A DNA stretch of 64,000 nucleotides from Acidimicrobiia bacterium (lineage in GTDB: Bacteria > Actinomycetota > Acidimicrobiia > Spongiisociales > ZC4RG35), in assembly GCA_965203555.1 (NCBI GenBank), contig CBDBCY010000004.1, forward strand, positions 160,001-224,000, read 5' to 3'. The position numbers were made by a program, and so were the translations under genes. Under the pieces are notes generated by a model. It was not told where the DNA came from. It saw only the letters and a program-made list of their open reading frames with translations, and ran no database searches. Shown piece after piece: positions 31,675 to 42,887 of this stretch (the first letter of the stretch is position 1; each line of letters opens with the position of its first letter).

Positions 31675-32156
31675 TCGAGATCGTTCCCCTGACCGCCGAT
31701 CGGCTGGACGAGGTGGTGGAGATCGAACGGAGGGTCTATCCGACGCCATGGAGCGAGGAGACGTTCCTGGAAGAACTGGCCGCTCCCCGTCGCATCTACC
31801 TGGTGGCTCTACTGGAAGGAGAGGTGGTCGGATACGCCGGGATGATGTTGGTTGCGGACGAGGCGCATGTCACTACCGTGGTCACCGAGCCACAGCGGCG
31901 CAGGGAACGTGTGGCTACTCGACTGATGTTGCGCCTTGCCCACCGGGCGGTGCAGTCGAGAGCGCGCAGTCTCACATTGGAGGTGCGTTCTTCCAACAAA
32001 GGCGCCCAAGCCCTGTATCGGCGCTTCGGGATGGCGCCGGTGGGAGTGCGAAAGAAGTACTACGTCTCCGAGGACGCGCTGATCATGTGGGTTCACGATA
32101 TTGACGGTCCCGACTTTCAGGCACGGCTGGACGAAATCGCGGCGGGTCTGCGATGA
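31671..32156 (+). CDS. rimI: Ribosomal-protein-alanine N-acetyltransferase
   Basis: PWS, VGYAG, LEVRSSN..AQALY, RKKYY..EDALIM. Confidence 0.92.
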   Translation: MIEIVPLTADRLDEVVEIERRVYPTPWSEETFLEELAAPRRIYLVALLEGEVVGYAGMMLVADEAHVTTVVTEPQRRRERVATRLMLRLAHRAVQSRARSLTLEVRSSNKGAQALYRRFGMAPVGVRKKYYVSEDALIMWVHDIDGPDFQARLDEIAAGLR

Positions 32157-33163
32157 GCGGGCTGATCCTGGCGTTCGAGACCAGTTGCGACGAGACCGGG
32201 GTGGCCGTGGTCGAGGGTAACCGGGCCCTTTCCAACGTGCTCTCCTCCCAGGTGGAGTTGCATGCCCGGTTCGGCGGGGTGGTTCCCGAAGTGGCGGCCC
32301 GTTCCCATGTGGAGGCGATCCGCGGTCTGGCCCATCGAGCCCTGCTCGAAGCCGGGGTGCATCTGAACGAACTGGAGGCGGTGGCGGCCACCCAGGGACC
32401 GGGTCTGGTGGGCGCGCTCCTGGTGGGTCATTCCTTCGCCAAAGCGTTGGCCTGGTCCCGTCGATTGCCCTTTCTTGGAATCGACCACATGGAGGGGCAT
32501 CTCTTCTCGCCCCGTCTGGAGTTCCCCGACTACCGGCCGCCGGCGGTGGTGCTGCTGGCGTCCGGAGGGCACACCCAGTTGGTCCATATGCGAGGCTGGG
32601 GCGACTATCAGGTGTTGGGGGAAACGATCGACGACGCCGCCGGAGAGGCATTCGACAAACTGGCCCGGGTGATGGGAATGGGATTTCCGGGGGGTCCGGC
32701 CATTGATCGGGCTTCCGAACATGGGGATCCCAAAGCGATACGCTTTCCTCGCGCCATGCCGCACCGTCGTCACCACTTTTCCTTCTCGGGTTTGAAGACG
32801 TCTGTGATCACCTACCTGGAAAAGGCGGCTCGCCAAGGTGCACTCCCTGATCGGGCAGATGTCGCCGCCTCCATCCAGGAGGCCATTGTGGATGTGCTGG
32901 TCCGAAAGACGCTCAATGCGGTGGAGGACACCGGGGCAAGGGTGATCGGCGCCGGGGGCGGAGTGCTGGCCAACCGGCGCCTTCGGCATAAACTCACCGA
33001 AGCTGCTCACCAGAGAGGATTGGAGTTGTACCTGCCCTCTCCGAAACTGTGCGTCGACAATGGCGCGATGATTGGCGCGGCCGCAGTTTTTCGCATGGAG
33101 CGAGGGGAGATAACCTCTTGGGGAGCGGGCGTCGATCCCGGCCTGCGACTGGGGCCCGGGTAG
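32153..33163 (+). CDS. tsaD: tRNA N6-adenosine threonylcarbamoyltransferase
   Basis: ETSCDET, GGVVPEVAARSH, HMEGH, SGGHT, DDAAGEAFDK, DNGAMI. Confidence 0.97.
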   Translation: MSGLILAFETSCDETGVAVVEGNRALSNVLSSQVELHARFGGVVPEVAARSHVEAIRGLAHRALLEAGVHLNELEAVAATQGPGLVGALLVGHSFAKALAWSRRLPFLGIDHMEGHLFSPRLEFPDYRPPAVVLLASGGHTQLVHMRGWGDYQVLGETIDDAAGEAFDKLARVMGMGFPGGPAIDRASEHGDPKAIRFPRAMPHRRHHFSFSGLKTSVITYLEKAARQGALPDRADVAASIQEAIVDVLVRKTLNAVEDTGARVIGAGGGVLANRRLRHKLTEAAHQRGLELYLPSPKLCVDNGAMIGAAAVFRMERGEITSWGAGVDPGLRLGPG

Positions 33164-33189
33164 GCGGCTCAGCCTCGTTCCCATCCTGA

Positions 33190-33216
33190 TTAGCACTCTC
33201 CATCCGAGAGTGCTAA
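33190..33216 (+). promoter_or_regulatory. CIRCE element (HrcA operator)
   Basis: Perfect TTAGCACTC-N9-GAGTGCTAA upstream of groES. Confidence 0.97.
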
Positions 33217-33289
33217 CATAGACGGGTATCTGGGAAGGTCTCTCCTAGCAGATGGCTTTCCCGTTCAGTCCAGAAAGGAAGGAGCCACT

Positions 33290-33580
33290 ATGAGGCTGGT
33301 GCCTCTTGGTGATCGGGTGGTCGTGGAACCCGACGAGGATCAGGATATGAGAACCCCGTCAGGTCTGGTTATTCCCGATACAGCCAAGGAAAAGCCCCAA
33401 ATGGGGAAAGTAGTAGCGGTAGGTCCCGGTCGGCGGAATGACGACGGAGAGCGGACGCCGGTGGATGTGAGCGAGGGCGACAAAGTCCTCTATTCCAAGT
33501 ACGGCGGTACCGAGGTGAAGATCGATGGGATCGAATACCTGGTGCTCTCTGCCAACGATCTGCTGGCCGTGGTCAAGTAG
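33290..33580 (+). CDS. groES: Co-chaperonin GroES
   Basis: [30 protein letters not shown]. Confidence 0.98.
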   Translation: MRLVPLGDRVVVEPDEDQDMRTPSGLVIPDTAKEKPQMGKVVAVGPGRRNDDGERTPVDVSEGDKVLYSKYGGTEVKIDGIEYLVLSANDLLAVVK

Positions 33581-33596
33581 TTCAGGGAGGCAGTGA

Positions 33597-35237
<1,641 letters not shown>

Positions 35238-35263
35238 TCCAACCGACTGAAACCTCTACAACC

Positions 35264-35302
35264 GGAGAAGGGACCCTTGCCGCAGCGAGGGTCCCTTTCC
35301 TG
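35264..35302 (+). terminator. Intrinsic terminator hairpin after groEL
   Basis: AAGGGACCCTTGC-CGCA-GCGAGGGTCCCTT followed by TCCTG. Confidence 0.8.
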
Positions 35303-35403
35303 TACTTCTGGGAGTTGGAGGGGAAACTCCACCGGTGGCCGATCAACTTACCGCAGCATTAAGATATGCAGACCAAGACTATTTCTGGTTGGAGGATACG
35401 TCT

Positions 35404-36045
35404 ATGAGTCACCGTTTAGTGGTGACCCTGTTGGCATTGGGCCTTTGGGGATGTCAGAATCCAGATACCGATGCAATGTCGGCATCATACAATTATCAGC
35501 CAGCTGTGAGAATCCAAGATACCGAGATTCTTATAGAGGACCAAGATACTGGCCCGGTTATAGAGAGGTTACATGCAGATGGGTTTGACGGGAGCACTAG
35601 TGACGGAATAACGCTTAGACCAAATAACAATAGGTATTACTTCATGACCTTTGTCTGCCGAAGAACAAAGGAAGGTACGCCGGAGTTTGGTTTAAGCTTT
35701 GAAGTGGGCCGGTCTTTTGAGTCTGATGAAGTGCAGGTAACAATCAGAATTGGTAATAATCAGCCTGTTACTGAAACATGGCAAATCAGAGGTGAGTCTA
35801 ACTGGTGGGCGAGTCCACCAAGAGATGCTGACGTTGTCAGGTGGGTAGGAAGAATTATCAAGGCAAATAATCGGAAGATCGAAGTGTGGATCAAGGAAGC
35901 CGGTGACACCGCCGATCTGAAAACGTATACATTTCGCTTCGAGAATCGTGGTCCGGAGTTCGAGGAAGTAGGCCGATTCATCAAATCGGAACATGGCTGC
36001 GGCCATCCGATACTGGTTCGGCAGATCAATGAAAGTCCTGAATAG
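35404..36045 (+). CDS. Putative lipoprotein, unknown function, lower GC
   Basis: GGAGGA SD, then MSHRLVVTLLALGLWG-C (lipobox-like). Confidence 0.7.
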   Translation: MSHRLVVTLLALGLWGCQNPDTDAMSASYNYQPAVRIQDTEILIEDQDTGPVIERLHADGFDGSTSDGITLRPNNNRYYFMTFVCRRTKEGTPEFGLSFEVGRSFESDEVQVTIRIGNNQPVTETWQIRGESNWWASPPRDADVVRWVGRIIKANNRKIEVWIKEAGDTADLKTYTFRFENRGPEFEEVGRFIKSEHGCGHPILVRQINESPE

Positions 36046-36050
36046 GTGGT

Positions 36051-37097
36051 GTGCCGTTGATGGAGCGAATCCGGGAGAGAACCCCGGTCACCTTTGAAGT
36101 CTTTATGGACATGGCTCTTTACGGAACAGAGGGAGGTTACTTTCGAGCGGGGATGTTGCGATCGGTAAAATCAGGTGACTTTCTTACCAGTCCCGAGGTG
36201 AGTTCGCTGTTTGGACAGACTCTGGCGGAGTTTGTTGGCCGGGAAGCACGGCGGGGTTGTCTTTCCCGGCCTTTAGTGGTGGATGTGGGAGCAGGGTCGG
36301 GGTCCCTCCTGCGTCCCTTGGAGGAGGTCATGCGACCGAACGTGGATCCCTGGGCGGTGGAGGTTTCACCTCCAGCCCGCCAAGCTCTTGCGGAAGTAAT
36401 CGGTGAGCGGCGGGTAGTGACGGATCTGGAGGAGTTGCCAGAGAGGATCCATGGAGTGATCTTTGCCAACGAACTTCTGGACAATCTGCCCATGGCGCTG
36501 GCCCGTAAGACCTCAAGAGGCTGGCGGGAGCTTTGGGTGGGAGACCAAGGAGGAAGACTGGAGTGGTTTGAAGAACCCCTCCGCCCGGAAGTGGAGAAGT
36601 GGTTGAAGAGATTCGCCGGGCCTGTGCCGGAAGGAGGCATGGTCGAAGTGCAACTCAAGGCTTGCCAGTGGATCAGGGACGCCTTGGCTCGATTGGAATC
36701 CGGAGCATTGGTGGTGATCGACTATGGCGACACGGCAGAGGGGTTGGAGAATCGGCGAGCCGAGGGGACGCTGCGAACATATCGGGACCATCATCTCGGC
36801 CCGCATCCGCTGGCGGAGCCGGGCCAAACGGACATCACGGCCGATGTGAACTTCACCGCGGTGATGGAAGCGGCCCGGGAAGCGGGGGCCTCGGTGACCC
36901 TGCTTCGGCAGGATGAATTCTTGGAGGATCTGGGTCTGGGGGAGCGGATCGAGGAACTCCGCCGCCAGGAAGTCGAGCTTGCCCGATCAGGCGATGAACT
37001 GCGTCGTTTGCAGGTCCGGTCGCTTCGTACCGGCGCCCAGACACTTATGCACCCCCGCGGGCTGGGAGATTTCCGGGTACTGATAGCGCGCCGATAG
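36051..37097 (+). CDS. SAM-dependent methyltransferase, MidA/NDUFAF7 (DUF185) family
   Basis: FMDMALY, GDFLTSPEVS, DVGAGSG, ANELLDNLP, IDYG, DITADVNF. Confidence 0.9.
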   Translation: MPLMERIRERTPVTFEVFMDMALYGTEGGYFRAGMLRSVKSGDFLTSPEVSSLFGQTLAEFVGREARRGCLSRPLVVDVGAGSGSLLRPLEEVMRPNVDPWAVEVSPPARQALAEVIGERRVVTDLEELPERIHGVIFANELLDNLPMALARKTSRGWRELWVGDQGGRLEWFEEPLRPEVEKWLKRFAGPVPEGGMVEVQLKACQWIRDALARLESGALVVIDYGDTAEGLENRRAEGTLRTYRDHHLGPHPLAEPGQTDITADVNFTAVMEAAREAGASVTLLRQDEFLEDLGLGERIEELRRQEVELARSGDELRRLQVRSLRTGAQTLMHPRGLGDFRVLIARR

Positions 37098-37118
37098 CGT
37101 ATAAACTCCGGATCACTC

Positions 37119-37976
37119 ATGAACAACGTAAAGACCGTGGTGTTGCTGACGCTGCTCACGCTGCTCTTCTGGTGGCTGGGTGTCACCCTCTTTCCCAACG
37201 GAGGGTTCTGGATAGGACTGGCCTTGGCGGCGCTCATCAACCTGGGCGCCTATTTCTTCTCCTCCAAACTCGCCCTGATGGCGAGCCGCGCCCGCCCGGT
37301 GTCCGAGGAGGAACTTCCCCAGGTCTACGGCACGGTGCGCATGCTGACCGACTATTCCAACATGCCGATGCCCCGCATCTACCTGATCGACTCTCCCCAG
37401 CCCAACGCCTTCGCCACCGGGCGCAGTCCCAAGCACGGGGTGGTGGCGGTCACCACCGGGCTGCTGCGGATCATGGATCGGCGTGAATTGGAAGGGGTGC
37501 TGGCGCATGAGCTTTCCCATATCCGCAACCGGGACATCCTGATCTCCTCGGTGGCGGCGATGCTGGCGTCCGCCCTGGTCATGATGTCCCGGATGGCCTT
37601 CTGGTTCGGCGGAGGGCGCGACCGGAACAACCAGGTGGGAGCGATCATCGCCTTGGTGGCGATGATCCTGGCGCCCATTGCGGCCATCCTGATCAGAATG
37701 GCCATCTCCCGCTCCCGGGAGTACCAGGCGGACCGGACCGGCGCCGAGATCACCGGGCAGCCGCTGGCGCTGGCGTCGGCCCTGAGCAAGATCGGAATCG
37801 CCGCGGAGCGCATCCCCATGCGGGTCAACGACGCGTTCAGCCAGCTCTACATCGAAAATCCCCTCAAAAGCAACTTCCGTCGGGGAGGAGGGGGTGTCAT
37901 GAAGCTCATCTCCACCCATCCGCCTATCGAGGACCGGATCCGGCGCCTCGAAAAGATGGCCGACCCCTTCTCCTGA
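37119..37976 (+). CDS. htpX: Membrane zinc metalloprotease HtpX
   Basis: PNAFATG, HELSH, SRSREYQAD, STHPP..RI. Confidence 0.95.
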   Translation: MNNVKTVVLLTLLTLLFWWLGVTLFPNGGFWIGLALAALINLGAYFFSSKLALMASRARPVSEEELPQVYGTVRMLTDYSNMPMPRIYLIDSPQPNAFATGRSPKHGVVAVTTGLLRIMDRRELEGVLAHELSHIRNRDILISSVAAMLASALVMMSRMAFWFGGGRDRNNQVGAIIALVAMILAPIAAILIRMAISRSREYQADRTGAEITGQPLALASALSKIGIAAERIPMRVNDAFSQLYIENPLKSNFRRGGGGVMKLISTHPPIEDRIRRLEKMADPFS

Positions 37977-38063
37977 GACCGGTGATCACCCCCTGGGGAG
38001 AATAGGAATGCGGATTCGGAGCGGGACGCGCTAAGATATCCCATTCGGGAAAGCCTTAACCAG

Positions 38064-38145
38064 GCCGGGATACCCAAGCGGCCAAAGGGAGCAGACTGTA
38101 AATCTGCCGGCGATGCCTTCGGAGGTTCAAATCCTTCTCCCGGCA
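38064..38145 (+). tRNA. tRNA-Tyr(GTA)
   Basis: Acceptor GCCGGGA/TCCCGGC, anticodon loop CT-GTA-AA, long variable arm, GGTTCAAATCC. Confidence 0.95.
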
Positions 38146-38169
38146 CCGGCTTTCCCGCAAAGACCAAGC

Positions 38170-38243
38170 GCCCCCTTAGCTCAGACGGCCAGAGCGCCTC
38201 CATGGTAAGGAGGAGGTCTCCGGTTCGAATCCGGAAGGGGGCT
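38170..38243 (+). tRNA. tRNA-Thr(GGT)
   Basis: Acceptor GCCCCCT/AGGGGGC, anticodon arm CCTCC-AT-GGT-AA-GGAGG, GGTTCGAATCC. Confidence 0.95.
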
Positions 38244-38275
38244 CCCCCGTGCGGCCCGCGCCGACTACGGGTAAA

Positions 38276-38349
38276 GGCGGCGTAGCTCAGTTGGTAAGAG
38301 CGCTCGACTCATAATCGAGAGGTCGGCAGTTCAAGTCTGCCCGCCGCTA
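38276..38349 (+). tRNA. tRNA with CAT anticodon (probably elongator Met)
   Basis: Acceptor GGCGGCG/CGCCGCT, CTCGA-CT-CAT-AA-TCGAG, AGTTCAAGTCT. Confidence 0.92.
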
Positions 38350-38380
38350 CATGGAACCAAAGACAGCTATCGATAAATAC

Positions 38381-39605
38381 AGAAATGGGGGTGTTTGGTT
38401 GTGGGTAAGGTGAGGTTTGAGCGGGTGAAGCCGCATTTGAATGTGGGTACTATGGGTCATATTGATCATGGGAAGACTACGTTGACTGCTGCGATTACTA
38501 GGGTGTTGTCTGAGCGGGTTGGTGGGGTGAATGTGGTGACTGGGTTTGATGATATTGATCGTGCTCCTGAGGAGCGTGAGCGGGGTATTACGATTCAGAT
38601 TGCGCATGTTGAGTATGAGACTGTTTTGCGTCATTATGCGCATGTGGATATGCCGGGGCATGCGGATTATATTAAGAATATGATTACGGGGGCGGCTCAG
38701 GTGGATGGGGCGGTGTTGGTGGTGTCGGCGGTTGATGGTCCGATGCCGCAGACTCGTGAGCATGTGTTGTTGGCGCGGCAGGTGGGTGTGCCGCGGATTG
38801 TGGTGTTTTTGAATAAGTGTGATTTGGTGGATGATGGTGAGTTGTTGGATTTGGTGGAGTTGGAGGTTCGGGATTTGTTGACGGAGTATGAGTTTCCGGG
38901 TGATGATGTTCCGGTGGTGAGGGGTTCGGCGTTGTTGGCGTTGGAGGGTGATGTGGTGGCTGGTGATGGGGTTATGGAGTTGATGGATGCGGTTGATGGG
39001 TATGTTGATGTGCCGGTTCGGGATGTGGATCGTCCGTTTTTGATGCCGATTGAGGATGTGTTTTCGATTACTGGTCGGGGTACGGTGGTGACTGGTCGGG
39101 TTGAGCAGGGTGTGTTGCGGGTTGGTGAGGCGGTTGAGGTGGTTGGTTTGCGTGATACGCGTGGGTCGGTGGCTACTGGTGTGGAGATGTTTAGGAAGTT
39201 GTTGGATGAGGGTCGGGCTGGTGATAATGTGGGGGTGTTGTTGCGGGGGGTGGGGAAGTCGGAGGTGGAGCGTGGTCAGGTGTTGGCTGCTCCTGGGTCG
39301 ATTTTGCCGCATGTGGGTTTTGAGGCGCAGGTGTATGTGTTGACGAAGGAGGAGGGGGGGAGGCATAATCCGTTTTTTTCGGGTTATCGTCCGCAGTTTT
39401 ATTTTCGGACTACGGATGTGACGGGTTCGGTGTTGTTGCCTGTTGGGGTGCAGATGGTGATGCCGGGTGATAATGTGGAGTTGTCGGTGGAGTTGATTGC
39501 TCCGATTGCGATGTCGGTGGGGTTGGATTTCGCGATTCGTGAGGGTGGTCGGACTGTGGGGGCGGGTCGGGTCACCAAGATCACCAAATAACCCCCCAAA
39601 CCCAA
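38381..39605 (+). repeat. Direct repeat copy B (tuf with short flanks), matches 2243-3465
   Basis: Offset 36,138 bp; the only difference I could see is a C-run of 6 vs 4 after the stop codon. Confidence 0.97.
38401..39591 (+). CDS. tuf: Elongation factor Tu, copy 2
   Basis: Protein identical to copy 1; tRNA-tuf-rpmG-secE context. Confidence 0.98.
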   Translation: MGKVRFERVKPHLNVGTMGHIDHGKTTLTAAITRVLSERVGGVNVVTGFDDIDRAPEERERGITIQIAHVEYETVLRHYAHVDMPGHADYIKNMITGAAQVDGAVLVVSAVDGPMPQTREHVLLARQVGVPRIVVFLNKCDLVDDGELLDLVELEVRDLLTEYEFPGDDVPVVRGSALLALEGDVVAGDGVMELMDAVDGYVDVPVRDVDRPFLMPIEDVFSITGRGTVVTGRVEQGVLRVGEAVEVVGLRDTRGSVATGVEMFRKLLDEGRAGDNVGVLLRGVGKSEVERGQVLAAPGSILPHVGFEAQVYVLTKEEGGRHNPFFSGYRPQFYFRTTDVTGSVLLPVGVQMVMPGDNVELSVELIAPIAMSVGLDFAIREGGRTVGAGRVTKITK

Positions 39606-39656
39606 AGACTGACGCCAATAGCGCAAGAAGCCAGGACGTAAGAAAGAAAGCAACCG

Positions 39657-39848
39657 ATGCCAAGTGACAAGAGACCCCCGGTGAAACTTGCCTGCACCGA
39701 GTGCAAGCGGCGCAACTACGTGACCACCCGCGGCAGGGCGAACCAGCACGACAAGGCGCAGCGCCGCAACCTCGTGCGAGGCCGGTTGGTGCTTCGCAAG
39801 TACTGTCGGTGGTGCCGCATTCACACTTCCCACCGGGAAACGCGATAG
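39657..39848 (+). CDS. rpmG: 50S ribosomal protein L33 (C+), with internal insertion
   Basis: [11 protein letters not shown]...[18 protein letters not shown]. Confidence 0.94.
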   Translation: MPSDKRPPVKLACTECKRRNYVTTRGRANQHDKAQRRNLVRGRLVLRKYCRWCRIHTSHRETR

Positions 39849-39889
39849 GCCAGGCCAAGGCGTCTGCTTCCAAGGGGGTGGCCGGCCAG

Positions 39890-40744
39890 ATGACTCTCGC
39901 CGATCTGGAGGGCATGGTTTTCGGGCCCGAGCCCCTGCGGGTTTCCAGGGACCGCGTCGCCGCCTACGTGGAGGTAACCGGCGACCAACCCGATCGATGG
40001 GGCGATGTCGCTCCGCCCGGCATGGCCGGCGCCGCGTTGTTTGCGGTAGCTCCCACGTTGCTTTCTCATCCGGCGGTTATGGCCGAGGGCGGTGCGGCGA
40101 TTCACGGGGAGCAGGTCTTCATATGGAAGGCCCCACTTCAGGCGGAGGCAACCTGGTCGGTGGTAGGTGAGGTCAAGCGGGTGCGACATCGTCGGGGCGT
40201 CTGGTTTGTGGACTTTTCCGCAGCCGTCGCCGACTCCCATGGCGGGACAATGGTGGAGGGCAGGTCTTCTTTCCTGATCGCCGGAGGTAGCCCGCCGGCT
40301 CGGAGCGGGACGGTGGATACCGAACCGCCTCCCCATCACCGTGCCGACAACCGACCGGCGTCCGGCGCCGACCTTCCCGAGGTGGGCTGTGAGACTCCCA
40401 CGCTCTCCAAATCGGCGAGTCGTGCGGATCTGATTCGCTACGCCGCGGTCACCAGGGATTGGAATCCGATCCACTGGGATCATCAGTCGGCGGTGGGAGC
40501 GGGGCTTCCGGGCGTGGTGGTGCACGGATTGGCCTGCGCAGCCTGGATGTGCCAGGGCGTCACCCGGTTGCTGGACGGAGAGGCGCCCATTGGTAGAGCC
40601 AAGTTCCGGTTTCGGCGGCCGCTACGCCCCGCGGTGTCCGCGCAGGTGGAGGGCAGGCGGACCGGTGAAGACCGGTTCGCAATGCGTTTGGTCTCGGAAG
40701 GACACGTTCTCATCACAGCCACGATGGAGACGGCGCTCCATTAG
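39890..40744 (+). CDS. Double hot-dog MaoC-type (R)-specific dehydratase (HadA/HadB-like fusion)
   Basis: N-terminal half with IHGEQ.F; C-terminal half with RYAAVTRDWNPIHWD...GLPGVVVHG hydratase-2 motif. Confidence 0.85.
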   Translation: MTLADLEGMVFGPEPLRVSRDRVAAYVEVTGDQPDRWGDVAPPGMAGAALFAVAPTLLSHPAVMAEGGAAIHGEQVFIWKAPLQAEATWSVVGEVKRVRHRRGVWFVDFSAAVADSHGGTMVEGRSSFLIAGGSPPARSGTVDTEPPPHHRADNRPASGADLPEVGCETPTLSKSASRADLIRYAAVTRDWNPIHWDHQSAVGAGLPGVVVHGLACAAWMCQGVTRLLDGEAPIGRAKFRFRRPLRPAVSAQVEGRRTGEDRFAMRLVSEGHVLITATMETALH

Positions 40745-40789
40745 TCGGGCGTCTTTGCCCAGAATCAAGCCCCGGTAGTCTGTAACCCC

Positions 40790-41359
40790 ATGAGCGCGCG
40801 TCCGGTCAAAAGGGATGACGAACACGAGTTGCTGGCCCGAGCCAGAGAGGGTGACAGGGAAGCCTTCTCGGTTCTGGCCCGGCGGCACCAGCACCAGGTG
40901 TTCACTTTGGCGATGCGTTTGGCGGGAGACCACGACTTGGCAGCAGACATATCCCAGGAAGCCTTGTTGAGAGCTTGGCGTGGGATTGGCTCGTTCAGAG
41001 GAGACGCTCGATTCTCCTCTTGGATCTACCGTATCACCGTAAACGTGGCTTGGACCCAACTGAGCCGCCGCAAGCGAACCCAGGAGTCACCGTTGGAGGT
41101 GGTGGAGAATGTGGCGGCGCCTCTCTCCAGCTTTGAGAACCCGGAATTGGCGTTGGAGTCGGCCAATCTGCGAGGAAGGCTGCGGCGGGCGTTACTCCGT
41201 CTTCCGCAGCGGTCCCGAGTGGTGGTGGTACTGTGCGACGTGTACGACTGGAGTCATGCCCAGATAGCTGAATCCCTGGGAATTTCAGTCTCCGCATCCA
41301 AGGTCCGTCTTCATCGCGCCCGCAAGCGTCTGCGTACGATATTGGAGAACTCGCCGTGA
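40790..41359 (+). CDS. ECF RNA polymerase sigma factor
   Basis: GDREAF, ADISQEALLRAW, FSSWIYRITVN, region 4 IAESLGIS..SKVRLHRAR. Confidence 0.93.
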   Translation: MSARPVKRDDEHELLARAREGDREAFSVLARRHQHQVFTLAMRLAGDHDLAADISQEALLRAWRGIGSFRGDARFSSWIYRITVNVAWTQLSRRKRTQESPLEVVENVAAPLSSFENPELALESANLRGRLRRALLRLPQRSRVVVVLCDVYDWSHAQIAESLGISVSASKVRLHRARKRLRTILENSP

Positions 41360-41715
41360 GACTGGTGCAGTCCACTTTGTGCCGGGTCTCCCGGCCGCTG
41401 GTTCGCTTGGAAGCGGTTGATCAAAGAGACCGGAACCCCCTGGTGGCCCGCCATGCAGGGAACTGTCTTCGCTGTCAAGCGGAAAGGGCCATCGAGCATC
41501 GGATCCACCGGACGCTGGCCTCGATGGAGGACAGTTTGATCCTGGCGCCGGCCGGATTGATACCGGCGGTGATGGGCAATCTCGACACTTCTTTCGATTA
41601 CCCGGAGATTGAATCGGCAAGAGCCACCGAAAAGATGGCAATCGCCGCTGCGGTAGTGGGGGTGGCGTCAGTGGCGGCTTGGGCGTTGAGCAAGAAGGTA
41701 AGAAGCAGCGCATAG
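41356..41715 (+). CDS. Putative zinc-binding (ZAS) anti-sigma factor with C-terminal membrane anchor
   Basis: HAGNCLRC = HxxxCxxC; overlaps the sigma stop codon; hydrophobic C-terminal helix. Confidence 0.75.
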   Translation: MRLVQSTLCRVSRPLVRLEAVDQRDRNPLVARHAGNCLRCQAERAIEHRIHRTLASMEDSLILAPAGLIPAVMGNLDTSFDYPEIESARATEKMAIAAAVVGVASVAAWALSKKVRSSA

Positions 41716-41748
41716 CCGGTCGGATGAGAGGGAGGCTCGGTTAGTGGG

Positions 41749-41778
41749 TTTACTTCCTCTCAGACAGCAGGGTATACT
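41749..41778 (+). promoter_or_regulatory. Putative sigma-A promoter for tRNA-Trp-secE-nusG
   Basis: TTTACT-18 nt-TATACT, 24 nt upstream of the tRNA. Confidence 0.6.
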
Positions 41779-41802
41779 TCTGCCGAGGCTGATAACCCCC
41801 TG

Positions 41803-41877
41803 AGGGGTGTAGCTCCAATTTGGCAGAGCGCCGGTCTCCAAAACCGGAGGTTGCGGGTTCGAGTCCCGCCACCCCTG
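41803..41877 (+). tRNA. tRNA-Trp(CCA)
   Basis: Acceptor AGGGGTG/CACCCCT, CCGGT-CT-CCA-AA-ACCGG, GGTTCGAGTCC; upstream of secE. Confidence 0.95.
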
Positions 41878-41916
41878 CTTAGCTGTTCCGATCCCAAGAC
41901 CCTAAACGACTAGAGC

Positions 41917-42255
41917 ATGAACCGACAGATGCGTCGACTCGTGGAACGCGAGGAACGACGGCAGAAGAAACAAGGCAAAAGCGCACGGCAGCGTCGGGTT
42001 GACCGCGCCGTGCCGACCCGAGGCAAGAAGCGGCCCGGGATGGAACGGCCGCCCTTTTTGGCCCGGATCGGCATCTTCCTCCGGGAAGTGCGGACCGAAC
42101 TATCTCGGGTTTCCTGGCCCACCCGCCGCCAGCTTTTCAATTTCACCGTGGTGACGGTGGTCACGTCGGTAGTGCTCACCCTGGTCATATTCGGGCTGGA
42201 TGTCGCTCTCAAGCAAATTGTCCTGTACCTGTTGGGAGGCATTCAAAGTGGCTGA
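41917..42255 (+). CDS. secE: Preprotein translocase subunit SecE
   Basis: FLREVRTELSRVSWPTR followed by one TM helix; basic N-terminal extension. Confidence 0.93.
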   Translation: MNRQMRRLVEREERRQKKQGKSARQRRVDRAVPTRGKKRPGMERPPFLARIGIFLREVRTELSRVSWPTRRQLFNFTVVTVVTSVVLTLVIFGLDVALKQIVLYLLGGIQSG

Positions 42256-42859
42256 TCTGGCCATGTCGCTGACTCCCCTCGAGGAAGAGGAAGTTCAGGT
42301 CAGTCCCTACGATCTGCCCGGGGATTGGTACGTAATCCACGCCTATTCCGGTCATGAGGAGAAGGTGAAGGCCAATCTGGAGAAACGGGTGGAACACATG
42401 CGTTTCTCTGACCGGATCTTTGACGTGCACATTCCCCGTGAGGATGTGGTGGAGATCCGCAACCGGAAGAAGGTCACGGTCCCGAAGAAGGTCTTCCCCG
42501 GGTATTTGCTGGTGAGGATGTACCTGGACGATGATTCCTGGACGGCGGTGCGTGACACACCGGGAGTGACCGGATTCGTGGCTTCCAACATGGGCAAGCA
42601 GAATCGGCCTCCGCCGCTATCCCGTCGAGAAGTGGAACGTATGTTGGGCTTTCGGGAGACCAAGACCAAGTCCAAACCCCGGTTCAAGCCGGCCTGGGAG
42701 GTGGGTGAGACGGTCCGGGTTGTCTCCGGCCCGTTCAACGATTTCAGCGGGATTATCGAAGAGATCAATCTCGATCAATCCAAGGTGGTGGTGTTGGTGG
42801 AGATCTTCGGCCGGGACACCCCGGTTGAACTGGGATTTGCCGACATCCAAAAGAACTGA
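42248..42859 (+). CDS. nusG: Transcription termination/antitermination factor NusG
   Basis: WYVIHAYSGHE, FPGYLLV, TPGVTGFV, GPF, IFGRDTPVEL. Confidence 0.97.
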   Translation: MADLAMSLTPLEEEEVQVSPYDLPGDWYVIHAYSGHEEKVKANLEKRVEHMRFSDRIFDVHIPREDVVEIRNRKKVTVPKKVFPGYLLVRMYLDDDSWTAVRDTPGVTGFVASNMGKQNRPPPLSRREVERMLGFRETKTKSKPRFKPAWEVGETVRVVSGPFNDFSGIIEEINLDQSKVVVLVEIFGRDTPVELGFADIQKN

Positions 42860-42887
42860 GGCACTCTTTCATAGGAGTTGAGCGAAG

